DNA from: Bilabrum cf. latius | Lineage: Eukaryota | Reading direction: 5' to 3' | NCBI GenBank assembly: GCA_965178125.1 | Contig: OZ237758.1 | Location: 496,001 to 560,000 of the forward strand | Length of the DNA: 64,000 bases | Shown here: piece by piece, positions 49,801 through 61,051 of the stretch | Layout: every line of letters begins with the position of its first letter | Numbering within the stretch: the stretch's first letter is position 1 | Notes under the pieces: model-generated | Databases searched by the model: none | The model's input: the letters and a program-made list of their open reading frames with translations, nothing else | What the model was told of the DNA's origin: nothing | Made by a program: the position numbers and the translations under genes

Positions 49801-51852
49801 CTTGATCCAGACATGGCCAGTACCGGCTGGTTGGGGGCAGCCAGGGCGTCCAACGAGCACAAGGACATTCGCATTGACGATGCCACAAGGAACGTTTCCG
49901 TGCTTCGCATCGAGCTGACAACGAGCAATGATGGGGATTTGAGCAGCTCACACTCCAGATACGCTGCTTGGAGGGATCTGATTACGGCTCGTGGCATGCC
50001 AGCTGCCCCGCTCAACAACCAGTGGGTCAAGCCATAGATGCACGAGTCCGGCAAGGCCCTCCTGGACAACGGCAAGGATCCAAGTGCAGTGTCCGCGAGC
50101 TCTCTCGTCACCTCGTCTGCACTAAGGGAGGCTGCCACATCCACGGACGGGTCGGAGGACCACGCGAGGGGCTAGTGCTCTGGTGTCGAGCAGTCGAGCG
50201 TGCGGGATCCCCCCTCGAGGCGCGGAAAGCCATTCCGCGTGCTGCTGTACAACGTCGACAATGGCGGGCATGACGATTCCACAAGCCAGCAGGAGGCATC
50301 AGTCACCAACAGTGATTGGTTAAAATACCTGACAAGTCCAGAAGTGACTACGGTGAACTCCATTCCCTGGACTGCGAGCAGCAACGCGTCGTTGGGGAGG
50401 CCGAGCGACTGGTTCGCGCTTCGAAAGCCGCACTAGCCGGGCAGCATGGCAACAGCGCCCAAAGATGCCAATAATGATATGAGCGGGAGGCTTGGCAGCG
50501 TACTGTCGTTTATCCGCGGGCGTGAAGCAGACGTTGTTGCTGTTGTTGAAGCCAACGGCTGGGAGAGGCGCAGGCGGCAGACATCGAGGTCAGGCAGCGG
50601 ACGATTCCTTCAGGTCGCAGAGCCTGACGGACTGCGGCAGCGGGCCAAGGCTGCCGGTTTTCCGTTCGGTGAGAGGCTGAGCACGCCGTCAAAGTACAAC
50701 GTGGCTCTGCTCTCGCGTACACCCATCAGGGCGCTAGGTACGGAGGGTGGCGCGGATGCCACTCACTTTGAGAGGGGGATTCTGGCGGCTGATGTGGGAC
50801 AGGCAGTCGTCGTGGTTGCCCACCTGCACGCCCACGAAGCCTCAAAGCGGAGGGAGGAAGCCGCCCTGCTCGCGAAGCTCGTCCGTCGGCTAGAGACCGA
50901 TCACCGCAAGCCGGTCATCGTTGCGGGTGACATGAACAGCCTCAGTCCTCTGGATCGGTCATGCCACGCCGATCTGCACATCGAGGGCTTTATCAAGGGG
51001 GTGCCTCCGTGCTCCGACTGCCATATTCCCGACGTGCCCGACAGGCTAAGGGATAAGTACCTCTACAAGAAAAGTGATGGCAGTTTCGCTGGCATTGACT
51101 ACTTCCCCCTGCAGACGCTGGCCGGCGACAAGGTCGGCGCTGTGGGCTCATAGCCCTGCGAGCAGCTGGCAGCATCGGGCGAGAACAACGACAGCGCCCC
51201 ACTCATCGACCTGCTTGCCTTCGAGGACAGCACCGACTGGCTCGAGGTGCAGAGCATACAAGGTTACATGGGCACTGAGAGGATGCCCATGCCAGGTTAC
51301 ATGGGCACTGAGAGGATGCCCAGGCGATGCATCGGGACGCAACCCACGGGAATATCGATGCTGGGCCATGTGCCACCGGAACAAGTGTTGCCGTTTCGAC
51401 TGGACTACGTGTATGCATCGCGGGAGGTTGGCAAGCAGGCTTGCGAGCTGGGTCAGCAGCAAGGCCGCGCGGTTGCAGCGGGCTTCCCGAAGCCCGTGTC
51501 GTGCAGGGTGGTGGCGAACGAGTTGACGTTCGGCATAAGCGACCATTTTCCCGTGGAGTGCGACCTGTCGTGGGATGTGGTGTGGAGTGCGCGGGAATCC
51601 ATGCTGAGGCAGAGAGGTTCCGTGAGCGCGCGGGCGAAGCAGCACGGCGTGCGGGGTGCGGTGCTGGATGCCCTTGATAGGGGCTCTGGGTCTTGGCCAT
51701 CTGAATCGATTGCCAGGAGGCTGGACGGAAACGAGGGTGCAGCAAGAGGTGACTCGCGTGGCGGCTTGGACCAGGCAGAGGATTCTGCCACCTTGGAGGT
51801 GTCCGACTGGGGCTCGGTGCAGCCGCCTGTGGCCGTCGGTGGTATGCCGTGA
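46852..51852 (+). CDS. Membrane-anchored GH20 beta-N-acetylhexosaminidase fused to a C-terminal EEP (exonuclease/endonuclease/phosphatase) domain, about 1,666 aa; 7 in-frame TAG
   Basis: Hydrophobic anchor FAFCCAGLVVVLIGSSMI; LWPMP; GH20 motifs WRGMLLDTARHF, NVLHWHPVDAQAF, VRIVPEVDVPGH, HWGGDEV, GGEGAAWAE, LWPR; EEP motifs RVLLYNV, DVVAVVE, VAHLH, VIVAGDMN, RLDYVY, SDHFPV. One frame, interrupted only by TAG; ends TGA. The start codon is uncertain. Confidence 0.85.
51261..51321 (+). repeat. In-frame tandem duplication with a 33-bp period inside the EEP domain
   Basis: aggttacatgggcactgagaggatgccc occurs twice, 33 bp apart (GYMGTERMPMP-GYMGTERMPR). Confidence 0.9.
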
Positions 51853-52014
51853 AACGGAGTTATGCCCATAATATATAGTGCCTTCGTGACTCCCAAACAT
51901 TGTTGAATGAATGGGTAAGATCTATCACAAAATAAAAAACTTGGTCGCAAATATTGTCGCAACTGCAGTGCACTGTCATGTGTTGCAGAATCCAGATTTG
52001 TCCCTCTTTTGTTG

Positions 52015-54420
52015 ATGCGACAATACTACTTCGCATATTTTCTATGCGTACATGTTTTGTGTACCAATGCCACTCTAGTTGTGCTTCCAGGGCCGGACGG
52101 GGCGCTCGTATGGGCATACACTAGCAATAATTCTTCATGCTTGCAGTGCTCTAAGGCCCTGCTCAGAAGTTGGTCCGGAGACCTTGCAAGTCTCCAACAA
52201 TAGAAGCTCGAAGCATGGACAGCTGGGGAGCTATGCCCTACTGGACAAACTAGCAGCTTGGCGGCTTGCCAGGGAGAACATGATCCCATTCACTTGAACA
52301 CATGCAATATGGTGGACCCTTTCGGAGATAGCGGTAACAGCACCGGCTCGAACACGTATATTGGATCCTATGAACTTTCTTCTGCGTGGAAGCCAGCCGA
52401 ACTGGGATCTAGCAGCCGGGATGTCACTGGCACAGCTGCACCTTTGCTCCTGAAGCAGCTGGATTTGGCATCAGCTGGCCTACTGAACGGTAAGGGCAGC
52501 AATCAGCCCTCCATTCTTGCAGCAGCACAGTATAGTGTTGGTTCTGGGGCTGTAGTGACCGAAATCCTGGCCAGGGTCGGCAGTGACAGAATTTCAGCGT
52601 GCGACCTTCTTGGCAGGCTGCTTGCGGACCGCAAGAGCAAATCCGCTCCCGTTAGCTGTCAATCCCATGAGAATCAAGCCTTCATCCTAAAGGCAGACCC
52701 GACTAGTAGTTCTTTGCACTTGCTCGGATCTATGGGGACTATAGCCCTGCTGAACAGGAATGCCCGCAGGGTTGGTTTGTTTACTGCGGAAGCTCCCACC
52801 CACCCTGTTGAAATTGCGCTTGCAGCTCAGATGAGGAGCGTGGCATTTTTGGATGCAAGTGTTGCAATCGGCGACCAGCAGGACCCCGCAAATCCCGAAG
52901 GTGTCCTGTTGGCAGCGCTCTCGACCACTGCGCTCGGGTCCTTGTCGGAAGATCGAAGGCAGCACGCCCCTGCGCCCCACGTAACGGACGGGACCCATGG
53001 AGAGCTGAAAGCTGAGGGCAAGCATGATGGAGGGTTGAAAGCTGGGGGTAAGCATGATTCAATGCCACTCTCGCCAGGCAGCCGCCCACACGCCGTAATC
53101 TCACGAAGGGCGCCGGACCATGGCATGCACCGGAGAATCTGGCTGGACGTCGAGCTGCACGGCATTGCAGTGCACCCCGGGGACCGACTGGTCCTCGCCC
53201 AGCACCTGGATACGACCGCGTACATGGACGTGGACGAGCTCAAGGCCATGCAGAGGGCTGGGTGCTACGAGATTGTGGCTCACAGCGGGCAGGAATCGTT
53301 CATTGACGTGGAGAAGCCAAGCTACCAGTCCAAGCAGCACTGGGTCGTGTTCGAGCGAGAGTTCTCCGCCGGCAGCAGCTCTGGGTCCGTCCTGGGTTCG
53401 AACCCCGGTGGAGATGCCGCCTCCGTTCGGTGCGACGAGGGGCGCACGCTGCCTGGGATCGGAGCTGGCGTGGGTGCCGAGATGCCGTGCGGGTGTGCTC
53501 TAGCGCATTCGAATGCAGGTGGGGAGCAATTCGACGGATCTGTTGGGGAGAAGTCCGGCAGATCTAGTGGTGACAGTGATGGCGACTATGCTGCGGATCC
53601 GAGCAGTCCCACTGCGACTGCACGGGCCACGTTCGCATTCCCGCTTCACCACAGGTACCGCATGCCAAGGACGGGCGAGACATGTGGTCCGAATGGGGTG
53701 CTTAAGAGAGCAGAAGGGGGGGTATACAGGCCACACAAGCTATCAGGGCACCCCAACGCGGGCCACTCGTTCGAAGGTGACTGGCTGTCCCCATTGCTTG
53801 GAGCCTCCAAAGAGTGCACCGTGATGGCGTGGGCGGACAGCCCGGGGATCTGGCTCAGGCAGAGGCTGTAGGGGAAGGAGAGCCAGGGAGGCTCTGATCC
53901 ATAGGATAGCACTGCGGGTCAGGAGTGGGGGTGGGAGTACACCACAGACGGGGGAGGAGGAGGAGGATTGAACACCCAGAACAAGGAGCGCTGGCGGCTA
54001 GTGTGGATTCCTGTTCGGAACGCGGCTGAGTTTAGGCAATACAGGGCGGGTGCAGCTCAGGCGAATTCGAGAGAACCAAGTGGAAGCGGTTTAGTGCAAG
54101 CACTGCCACCAATGCCAGTTTCAGCGGATGGTGGGGAGAAGTCGCTGGGGGTGATTCGCGGGGTGACGTGGGTGGTGGTTGCCGTGGCGTCAGTGGGTGC
54201 CGGCATGGCCATCATCGTGGGGTCTGGGGGCTCTTGCGCGGGCCCTCCGAGGAATGTGAGCGCGGTTGAGGCTCGGTAGGAAGAAGAGGAGCGTGTAAGG
54301 AGGAGCGGGGGCAGGGAGGTAAGGAGCAGGCAGCCTTCTGGTCGGGGGGGTGTTGAGTGGCAGCAGGAGTCGGGGGTGGATTCAGGAGGAGAGAGGTTTG
54401 GTATGCGGCGAAGAAGATAA
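52015..54420 (+). CDS. PIG-X/Pbn1-like GPI-mannosyltransferase I accessory subunit, about 801 aa; 4 in-frame TAG
   Basis: Signal peptide MRQYYFAYFLCVHVLCTNA; GMHRRI, AYMDVDEL, IDVEKP and FPLHHRYRMP resemble PIG-X motifs; C-terminal TM VTWVVVAVASVGAGMAIIVG. First non-TAG stop is TAA 54418-54420; a spliced 3' end cannot be excluded. Confidence 0.7.
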
Positions 54421-54926
54421 CCGTGCCTGTTGGCTTCATAGACAATCGAACTGTTTTTCAATGCACTGCTTCGATTTCCCACCGAAGGATCCTCGATAGA
54501 TCCTGGGATATTGGCAAGATCACACCGCCGGCGCTGCTCTTGCCACGGTGCTCCTGGACGGGGGCACGGAGGGCGCGGGTGCCGATGATGCGGCAGGCTC
54601 TCCGGGTGCGAGCTCTGCTTCTGCGGGGCCTGGCAGCGTGGCAGACGAGATTATAGAGGACGCGAAGGAGGGCGCGAGGCGGGGCCAGGAGCTAGACAGG
54701 CTGCTGTCGCAGGTGCCCGGCCTGGGCGGGATCCCGTCAGGCGGTGCGCTTGGGGGTGTGGACAGCTCGCAGAAATCCAGCTGATGCGGGATGCGGCCGG
54801 CATTTTTGTGCAGCTATTGAGGTATGTAGTAGTTGTAGTATGTACTAGGTTGCATAGCGTACGAATTTAGTGATTCACGAGCTCTAATATATCGGCTGCC
54901 GTGCCGGAGTCCCACCGAGCTGTCCT

Positions 54927-57173
54927 TCAAGGCCCGAACCGAGCCTTGCCGAACGACGGGCCGTGCTCCTCGCTGCCAGGTACGGCGCTGCTGTCCCTGC
55001 GGTACAGCGCCGGGAACTCGTCCAGCGGTGTGACGAGTGTTACGTCCTACCCGCCCTGGTAGCTGACGCTCGCGTTGTACAGGTAGGCCCACTCCTGCCC
55101 CTTGGGCAGCGAGGGCAGGTATAGCGTCCTGTTGGCGGCGTCCTTCTACAGGACAGGGGCCACCACCCAGTCTGGCCCGAACATGAACTGCGATTCCATG
55201 GCCGCGGTAGGATCCGATGCCTTTGGGTCCTCGGGGAACTGCAGCGCCATGGGCCTCATCATGGGCATGCCGGCCTCGCTGGCGGTCTTGGACAAATCCC
55301 TGATGTACTCGCCGAGTGAGTTTCTCAGGACGATGAGCCCGCCCAGGATAGGCTCGATCTCCTCGCCGTAGGTCCAGACCTCGTTGGGGCCATTGGTGAG
55401 GCCGCACGCGTTGCTGGGAGGCCCGCCCTGCCTAGTGCCATGCAGTCGCATCAGAGGTGAGAACAGGCTGAACTGCATCCAGCGGACGATCAGCTGCTGC
55501 ATGGTGGGGTCCGTATTCGGAGGAGAATTCCTAAAGCCACCCGTGTCTGTGGTCCAGTACGGAAAGCCCGAAGCAGCGATCCCCTGCCCAACGGTCACCT
55601 GCAGTGCGAGCTCCTCAAACGTGCTCACGATGTCACCGGACCAGGTGGTCATCCCGTACCGCTGGGAACCAGCCCAGGTGCTCCGAGAGAGCGCCATGAA
55701 GTCGCCCAGGGCCACACCCGATTTATTGAGGCCCTCTGCCACCATCCGTTGATGCTCCAGCACCCACGCCTCGCCAGACTCCGCCATGGGAGTCCCCACG
55801 CCCGGCATGTATGCGTCAGCGACAACTTTCTCTCCGAAGTGCTCCGGCTCGGATGCGTCCAGCCAGTACGTTTTGATCCCATATCTGAGGTAACCTTCCT
55901 TCATCTTGGAGAAGACGGAAGCGCGCGCTTCTGCAGAGCTGGAGTCATACACGTAGTTGCCGAGGTCGAACAGCATACTCTTCTCCGTGCTGCTGTTCTG
56001 CACGAGGAAGCCGCTGGCGTCAAACTTGTTGAACGAATCCGAGGGGTTGGTCACCTCCGGCCACACGCTGACCATGAGTTCGATGCCCATCGAATGGAGC
56101 TCATCTACCATGCCCTGCGGATCGGGCCAGCACTCGTCGTTGAACCGCCAGTCGCCTAGTGCTGGCCAGTGCTCCCAGTCGATCACGATCAGGCTCACGG
56201 GGAGCTTCCGCTTGAAGTATCCCCTGGCGACATCGAGCAGCTGCGACTGGTTCCTGTACCTGTTCTTGCATTGGATGAAGCCCGTCGCGTAGTCGGGGAG
56301 CATGGGGGGGCGTCCGGTCGCGAGCGAGTACCGGTGCAGCAGCTCGCCGTACGGAGAAGGCAGTCCGCTGCTCCCCGGAGTGGCCGGCGTGGTGGCGATC
56401 CAGAAATCCACCATGACGGTCCCGTTGCTGTACCATGTAAGGCTGTCGGAGGTCAGGTTGGCGAATCCATAGGACGGCATGTTCCAGAGGAAGGCGTAGC
56501 CCTCGCTGGAAAGAATCACCGGTATCGTCTGCTGCCCGCCCTGAGAAATGATGTAGTCCCCAGAATCTTCGAAACGGCCAAAGTATGGCAGGCGTTGCAC
56601 GGTGCCTGTCCTTTGCTCGCCCATGCCGTAGATCCTCTCGTGGTTGCCGTGGCCCTCGAAGGACACCCGCGCGCTAAAAGCACCATCTGACGGGTTCGTG
56701 TACCCATCGGGCACGCCAGCAACCAATGCGGTCTGCTACAATAACTTCTTCTCATCGCTCAGGCGCGTGGCTGTCACTAGCGGTTCGCCGCTGGCTCCGC
56801 GACTTGTGGTAATGCGGAGGTTTCCGACATCTATGGATGGGAGCGCGCTCTCTGACGACCTCTGGAAAAAGAGAGACTCTGGTTTTGCGGTATAAAATCC
56901 AGCAGCAACCTCGGGTCCACCTGGAAGGAGAGCTTGCAACTTCGGGTCCACGATCTTTGGACCGACCCGAACCCTTGCAGCGTCTGGACCGAACGGGTCA
57001 ACCTGGACGTTCCACTCAATTCCAGCAGCATAATTTACAATGACAGCAACTAAAGCAACGCTTATCATTGCGATACGTAGACTTGATGTCCGATAGGGCG
57101 GTTGTGACGGGTAGCGTGCTGTTTTTGCCATGGTTCTGCCCCGGCACTCCACCTCCACTCCTGGAGTTGACAT
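54927..57173 (-). CDS. Secreted GH31 alpha-glucosidase/alpha-xylosidase family protein; 3 in-frame TAG
   Basis: ERIYGMGEQ, IVIDW, WPDPQGMVDELH, YWLDASEPE (nucleophile), RSTWAGSQRY..WSGDI, WTTDTGGF, RLHG, QFMFGPDWVVAPVL, LYLP..YQGGxDVT..PLDEFP. TAG at 56736, 55146 and 55047; TGA at 54927-54929. Start may be ATG 57173, 57131 or 57068. Confidence 0.92.
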
Positions 57174-57680
57174 GGCGGCCACAGCAGGGAAGAAGCGAAA
57201 GAGAGAACGTGAGTAGTACAGACTTGCACCCTTGCTCGTCCTCCTTGCGTTTAGGTGCACTGCTCCGGAGTTTTGACACAGAACTAGTTGCCGCAGCAAG
57301 TGCCGCTGAGGCAGTGGCCTTCGCCCAGAAAGTAGCTAGAAACCCAATCGTTGCGTAAGATGGCTGCTAATAATGGACACATATTCAACATCTGGAGAGC
57401 TCTTTAGTGTGTTGCTCAGTACACGATGCTATCTTGGCTTCGCAGTACCGACCAGTTCAGCGCATCGAAAGGCAAGGTCCTGGAGATTTAGCAAGAATCT
57501 ATGCCAGCAGAGGGACCAGGAACCAAGAAACGACGAACTGTTGGGGAAGACGGCAAAGCCTAGCCCCCTGACCGGCGGCTGTGCTCTCCGCTCCTGTTCC
57601 AAGAAGGTGAGCACCTAGATCCGTACCGTGGCTTGTGTATCGTTCAGCTCATTCGCAATACTCCTGCAACGGCATACATT

Positions 57681-58845
57681 ATGTTACGTACATTCACCAC
57701 TGCAGAGAAGCGCCGCAAGCAACCTTTCGTGCTGGCAACGCCAGCGCCTTCTTACAAAGACCACACTGCCAGAATCGCCAGCGACCACGCCAGAATCCGG
57801 AATGACGCGGAGAAGGAGCTCCAAATCATTCACTAGCACATTAACGAAGGCAGATTAATTCCATTGGTGCAGCCCAAAGGAGAATCGCAAGCATAGAGCA
57901 GCTCAGCACCCAGCGAAGGTGCATTGCCGGGCGGCTCGTAGCTGATTGGAGCGGGCCGACTTGCACTAACTAGCCCCGGAACAAGAGGACAGTCAGGAGC
58001 AGGGACAGATGTGGAATCTCTCCCGGGTGCATCGTCGTCAGCGGCACTGCTCTCGCCGGGGGTCCAGTCCTCCGCTGCCTCGAGCTCATCCTCCTCTGCC
58101 GAAGGCGGTAAAGGAACCTCCGCCGGTGCTTCCTCTTCTTCTTCTTCTTCCGGCCGACTGGACCGTTTTGATCCCCGCGTGACCTCCAAAGAGGCCAAGC
58201 GAAGGGCGCGGCACGGTCTCACGCTCGCGCAGGACCTCAGGGCCGATGCCCTCGAGTAGAGGAGCAAGGCTCTGCAGGGAGAGGTGATCGAGCTGCCCAG
58301 GGGTAAGATGGTCATTTGTTTAATTCAAGCGTGTGCTTTATTGCCGCGTGTTTCCTGCGCTAGATGGTGGATCAATTGCGCCGAATGCGACGACTTCAAC
58401 CAGGCGCATCGCCAGCATCTGCCGCTACCATGTGAATTGCAACCATAAATTGCAACCACGATTCGCAACTACGACTTGCACCGCAGCCAAGGAACTGTCG
58501 CGACTAGATTCGTACCTCGACTTCGTATCGCGCACCTATTACACCACGCCCGAGGCAGGCGATGCCGCCGATGCCTTCAGCGCGGTGAGGAAGAGCACGC
58601 TGGGCCGCCTCAAGAGCCAGTTGAGGACGCCCGACGTGCTGGACAAGTGGTCTCCATACGAAGTGGCGGTGTTCGAAAGCTCCATGTGCGTGATGGGAAA
58701 GCAACCTCACGTGGTGGCCTAGGTGATCGGCACCAAGACCACGTAGGAAGTAATGGAGTTCTACTACCTGTGGAAGAAGTCGAAGAACTACGCTAAATGG
58801 AAGTAGACATTCAAGCCGCCGGGGCAGCCGGCGGATGTGGAGTGA
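57681..58845 (+). CDS. SANT/Myb-like domain protein; exons 57681-58302 and 58487-58845; 7 in-frame TAG
   Basis: DKWSPYEVAVFESSMCVMGKQPHVVAxVIGTKTTxEVMEFYYLWKK is a complete SANT domain only if TAG 58720 and 58744 are read as sense; ends TGA 58843-58845. Confidence 0.82.
58303..58486 (+). other. Spliceosomal intron (184 nt)
   Basis: GTAAGA...CACCGCAG, phase 1 (G+CC), reconciles the two reading frames. Confidence 0.8.
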
Positions 58846-59260
58846 CTAACTGGACCTATTGGAGACGGGGGCTGGAGGCAGGGGGCAGACATCGGATGCG
58901 AACCGCTGCTTCGTGAGGTTGACCCGATCATTGATCCTTGACCACACACAGACACGTTGCGTTTTGGAGGCAGTCTATGAAGCAAAAGCCACAAAAAGCA
59001 GTACACCAGCCAGAGCAGTGGCCACGAAAACCTCAAGTGCGCCGCCACAGCCCACAGGGAGCACAGAGGGATGCTCGCGTACGTCTCGCGACGAAGCGAT
59101 GAAATCGGTCGGTCCCTGTGCTGCTGCGGCGTAGGCTGCACTATCGCGAGGAGACAGGCTGGAGGAAGAAAGCAGCGATGCGAGCCTCTCCTGGAATGCC
59201 CGACCCTGCACTGGATCGATCCATTCATCGATCGATGCACCCATCACCCGATCGGGTAGA

Positions 59261-60772
59261 TCAGAAGAGGCCCTTTGCCTTCCTCTGGTTCACCTGCTTC
59301 CATTTGGGAAGCTTGTAGAAGTCCTCCTTGCCCATCCCGAACACGCCCTCGAACTCTGCAGCGGAGAGGTACGCCTCCTTTCGGCCCTTGTCCACCTCAG
59401 CGGGTACAGAGGAAGCAGTCAGCTCCTCAAGCGAGAACATAACCCCTTTGTACCCGTCCTGGCCAGCGGCGATCGGGCTGGGGGGTGCCACCGGGGCAGA
59501 TTTCTTGGGCTTGAGACCCGTCTTGATGCCTGCCTTCCACGTCGGTCGCCTCTGCTTCTTCCACTTGACCTTGTGCGGGTCCTAGTCGTCCTTGACGGCA
59601 TCAACCGGCCCTGACTCCTCGGCTGCTGCGGCACCTCCGCCGGCCGAGCCCGCCGGCTTCCAGGCCATCTTCAGAGGCCCCGGTTCCTCGGTCTCTTCTT
59701 CCTCTTCTTCCTCCTCTTTCGAGTCCACGATGGCTTGCTGGGCCGCGAACAGGTTCGTCTTCGCGATGCCCCACTCGGGATCCAGGTCAAGGGCGGACTG
59801 GAACAGACGCTCAGCTCGCTTGTACTTCTTGGCCTAGAAGGCTCCCACGCCGGCGTTCAGCGCAAGATTTTTCCGCTGCTCCTTGCTATCCTCTGCCTCC
59901 TCCTCCCCCTCGGCTAGCGCCTGCGTGAGAGCTTTGAACGACGCCTCCAGAGCCTTGGATGAATCAAAGGGGCGCTCCACCTTCATCAAAGACACGCCGT
60001 ACACGCGCTGGGCCTCAGCGTCGCCGCTGTCTGCCAGCGCGACTGGCTCTACCGCCTTGACTGCGTCTTCGTGCCTGTCGGCAGCCGCGAGGAACGAGGC
60101 CAGCACGACCCGCCGCCTGGCGTGCTCGTGCACAGCGAGAGACTTCTCCATGGTGGCGATGGCGTCCTCCATGCTGCCCTCCTTCTGCTGCTCCTGGCTC
60201 AGCTGTGACAAGCACATGGCGTAATTCTGCTTGTCTGCTCCCTTCAGCTTCTCGTGATGGTTTGCATACTCGAAATCAGTCACTGCGTCTGCCCACTGCT
60301 GCGTGTTTGCTAGCACCATGCCGCGCACTCTAAATGCCTGCGCATCGTCTGCTTCCGCGGCGTCGCACGCACTATTGGCTGCTTCGAGAGCTGCTTCTAG
60401 GTCTCCTTTATCAAGCAGAGCCTGGACCTTGAGCATTCGCACACCTGTCTGGCCTGGCTCGGTGCTATCCCCGATGATTTCGTCCACAGTGCTGCAGCAC
60501 TCGTCGTGCTGCCCCGCTCGCAGCTGAAAGACGGCAAGATTGTGCCTGGCTTCAGCCATATCACCTTTTAACTCAAGTGCTTCCTTCATTGCTGCAATTG
60601 CATCTTCTGTCCGGCTAGCATTGGCGAGGGCGACTCCTTTGTTGAATAATATCGTGTGGCGAACCTCGTCTGGGACGATGGCTAGCGCTTCATCATACTT
60701 AGCGACTGCCTCATCAGCATTTCCGGCCGATAGAAGATCATTTGCCTGTTTGAGGAGTTCTGGGGCCGACAT
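59261..60772 (-). CDS. TPR-repeat protein with C-terminal villin headpiece domain (503 aa); 2 in-frame TAG
   Basis: Multiple TPR motifs (ILFNKGVALANASRTEDAIAAMKEALELKGD; ALNAGVGAFxAKKYKRAERLFQSALDLDPE) and headpiece KEAYLSAAEFEGVFGMGKEDFYKLPKWKQVNQRKAKGLF followed by TGA. Same frame across TAG 59834 and 59582. Confidence 0.88.
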
Positions 60773-61051
60773 CCAGTCTGTCGCAGCTGCGGAGTGGAAT
60801 GGATTGATGGCGTTTTCTGCAGATCAAACGTAGTCGGCGCATGCGCAGCTTCCGGCCGAGCATATCGCGGCAATACCAAGCATACAGGAGACTTACGAAA
60901 CACCCAAACAACGGGGCGACGATGATCGCTCGCTCTACCGCTACTAGTGAATTGGGATCCTTTGGGTCGGCTCCAACTTGAAGTTCCGTTCCACCCACAG
61001 GCACGCGCGGCGCAAACGGACACAAATAATCGACATGGCGCCCGCCCTCCG

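Noticed and set aside
58846-59260. Possible small gene between the convergent SANT and TPR genes
   Set aside because: No good ATG-initiated frame, motif or codon bias; more likely 3' UTRs.
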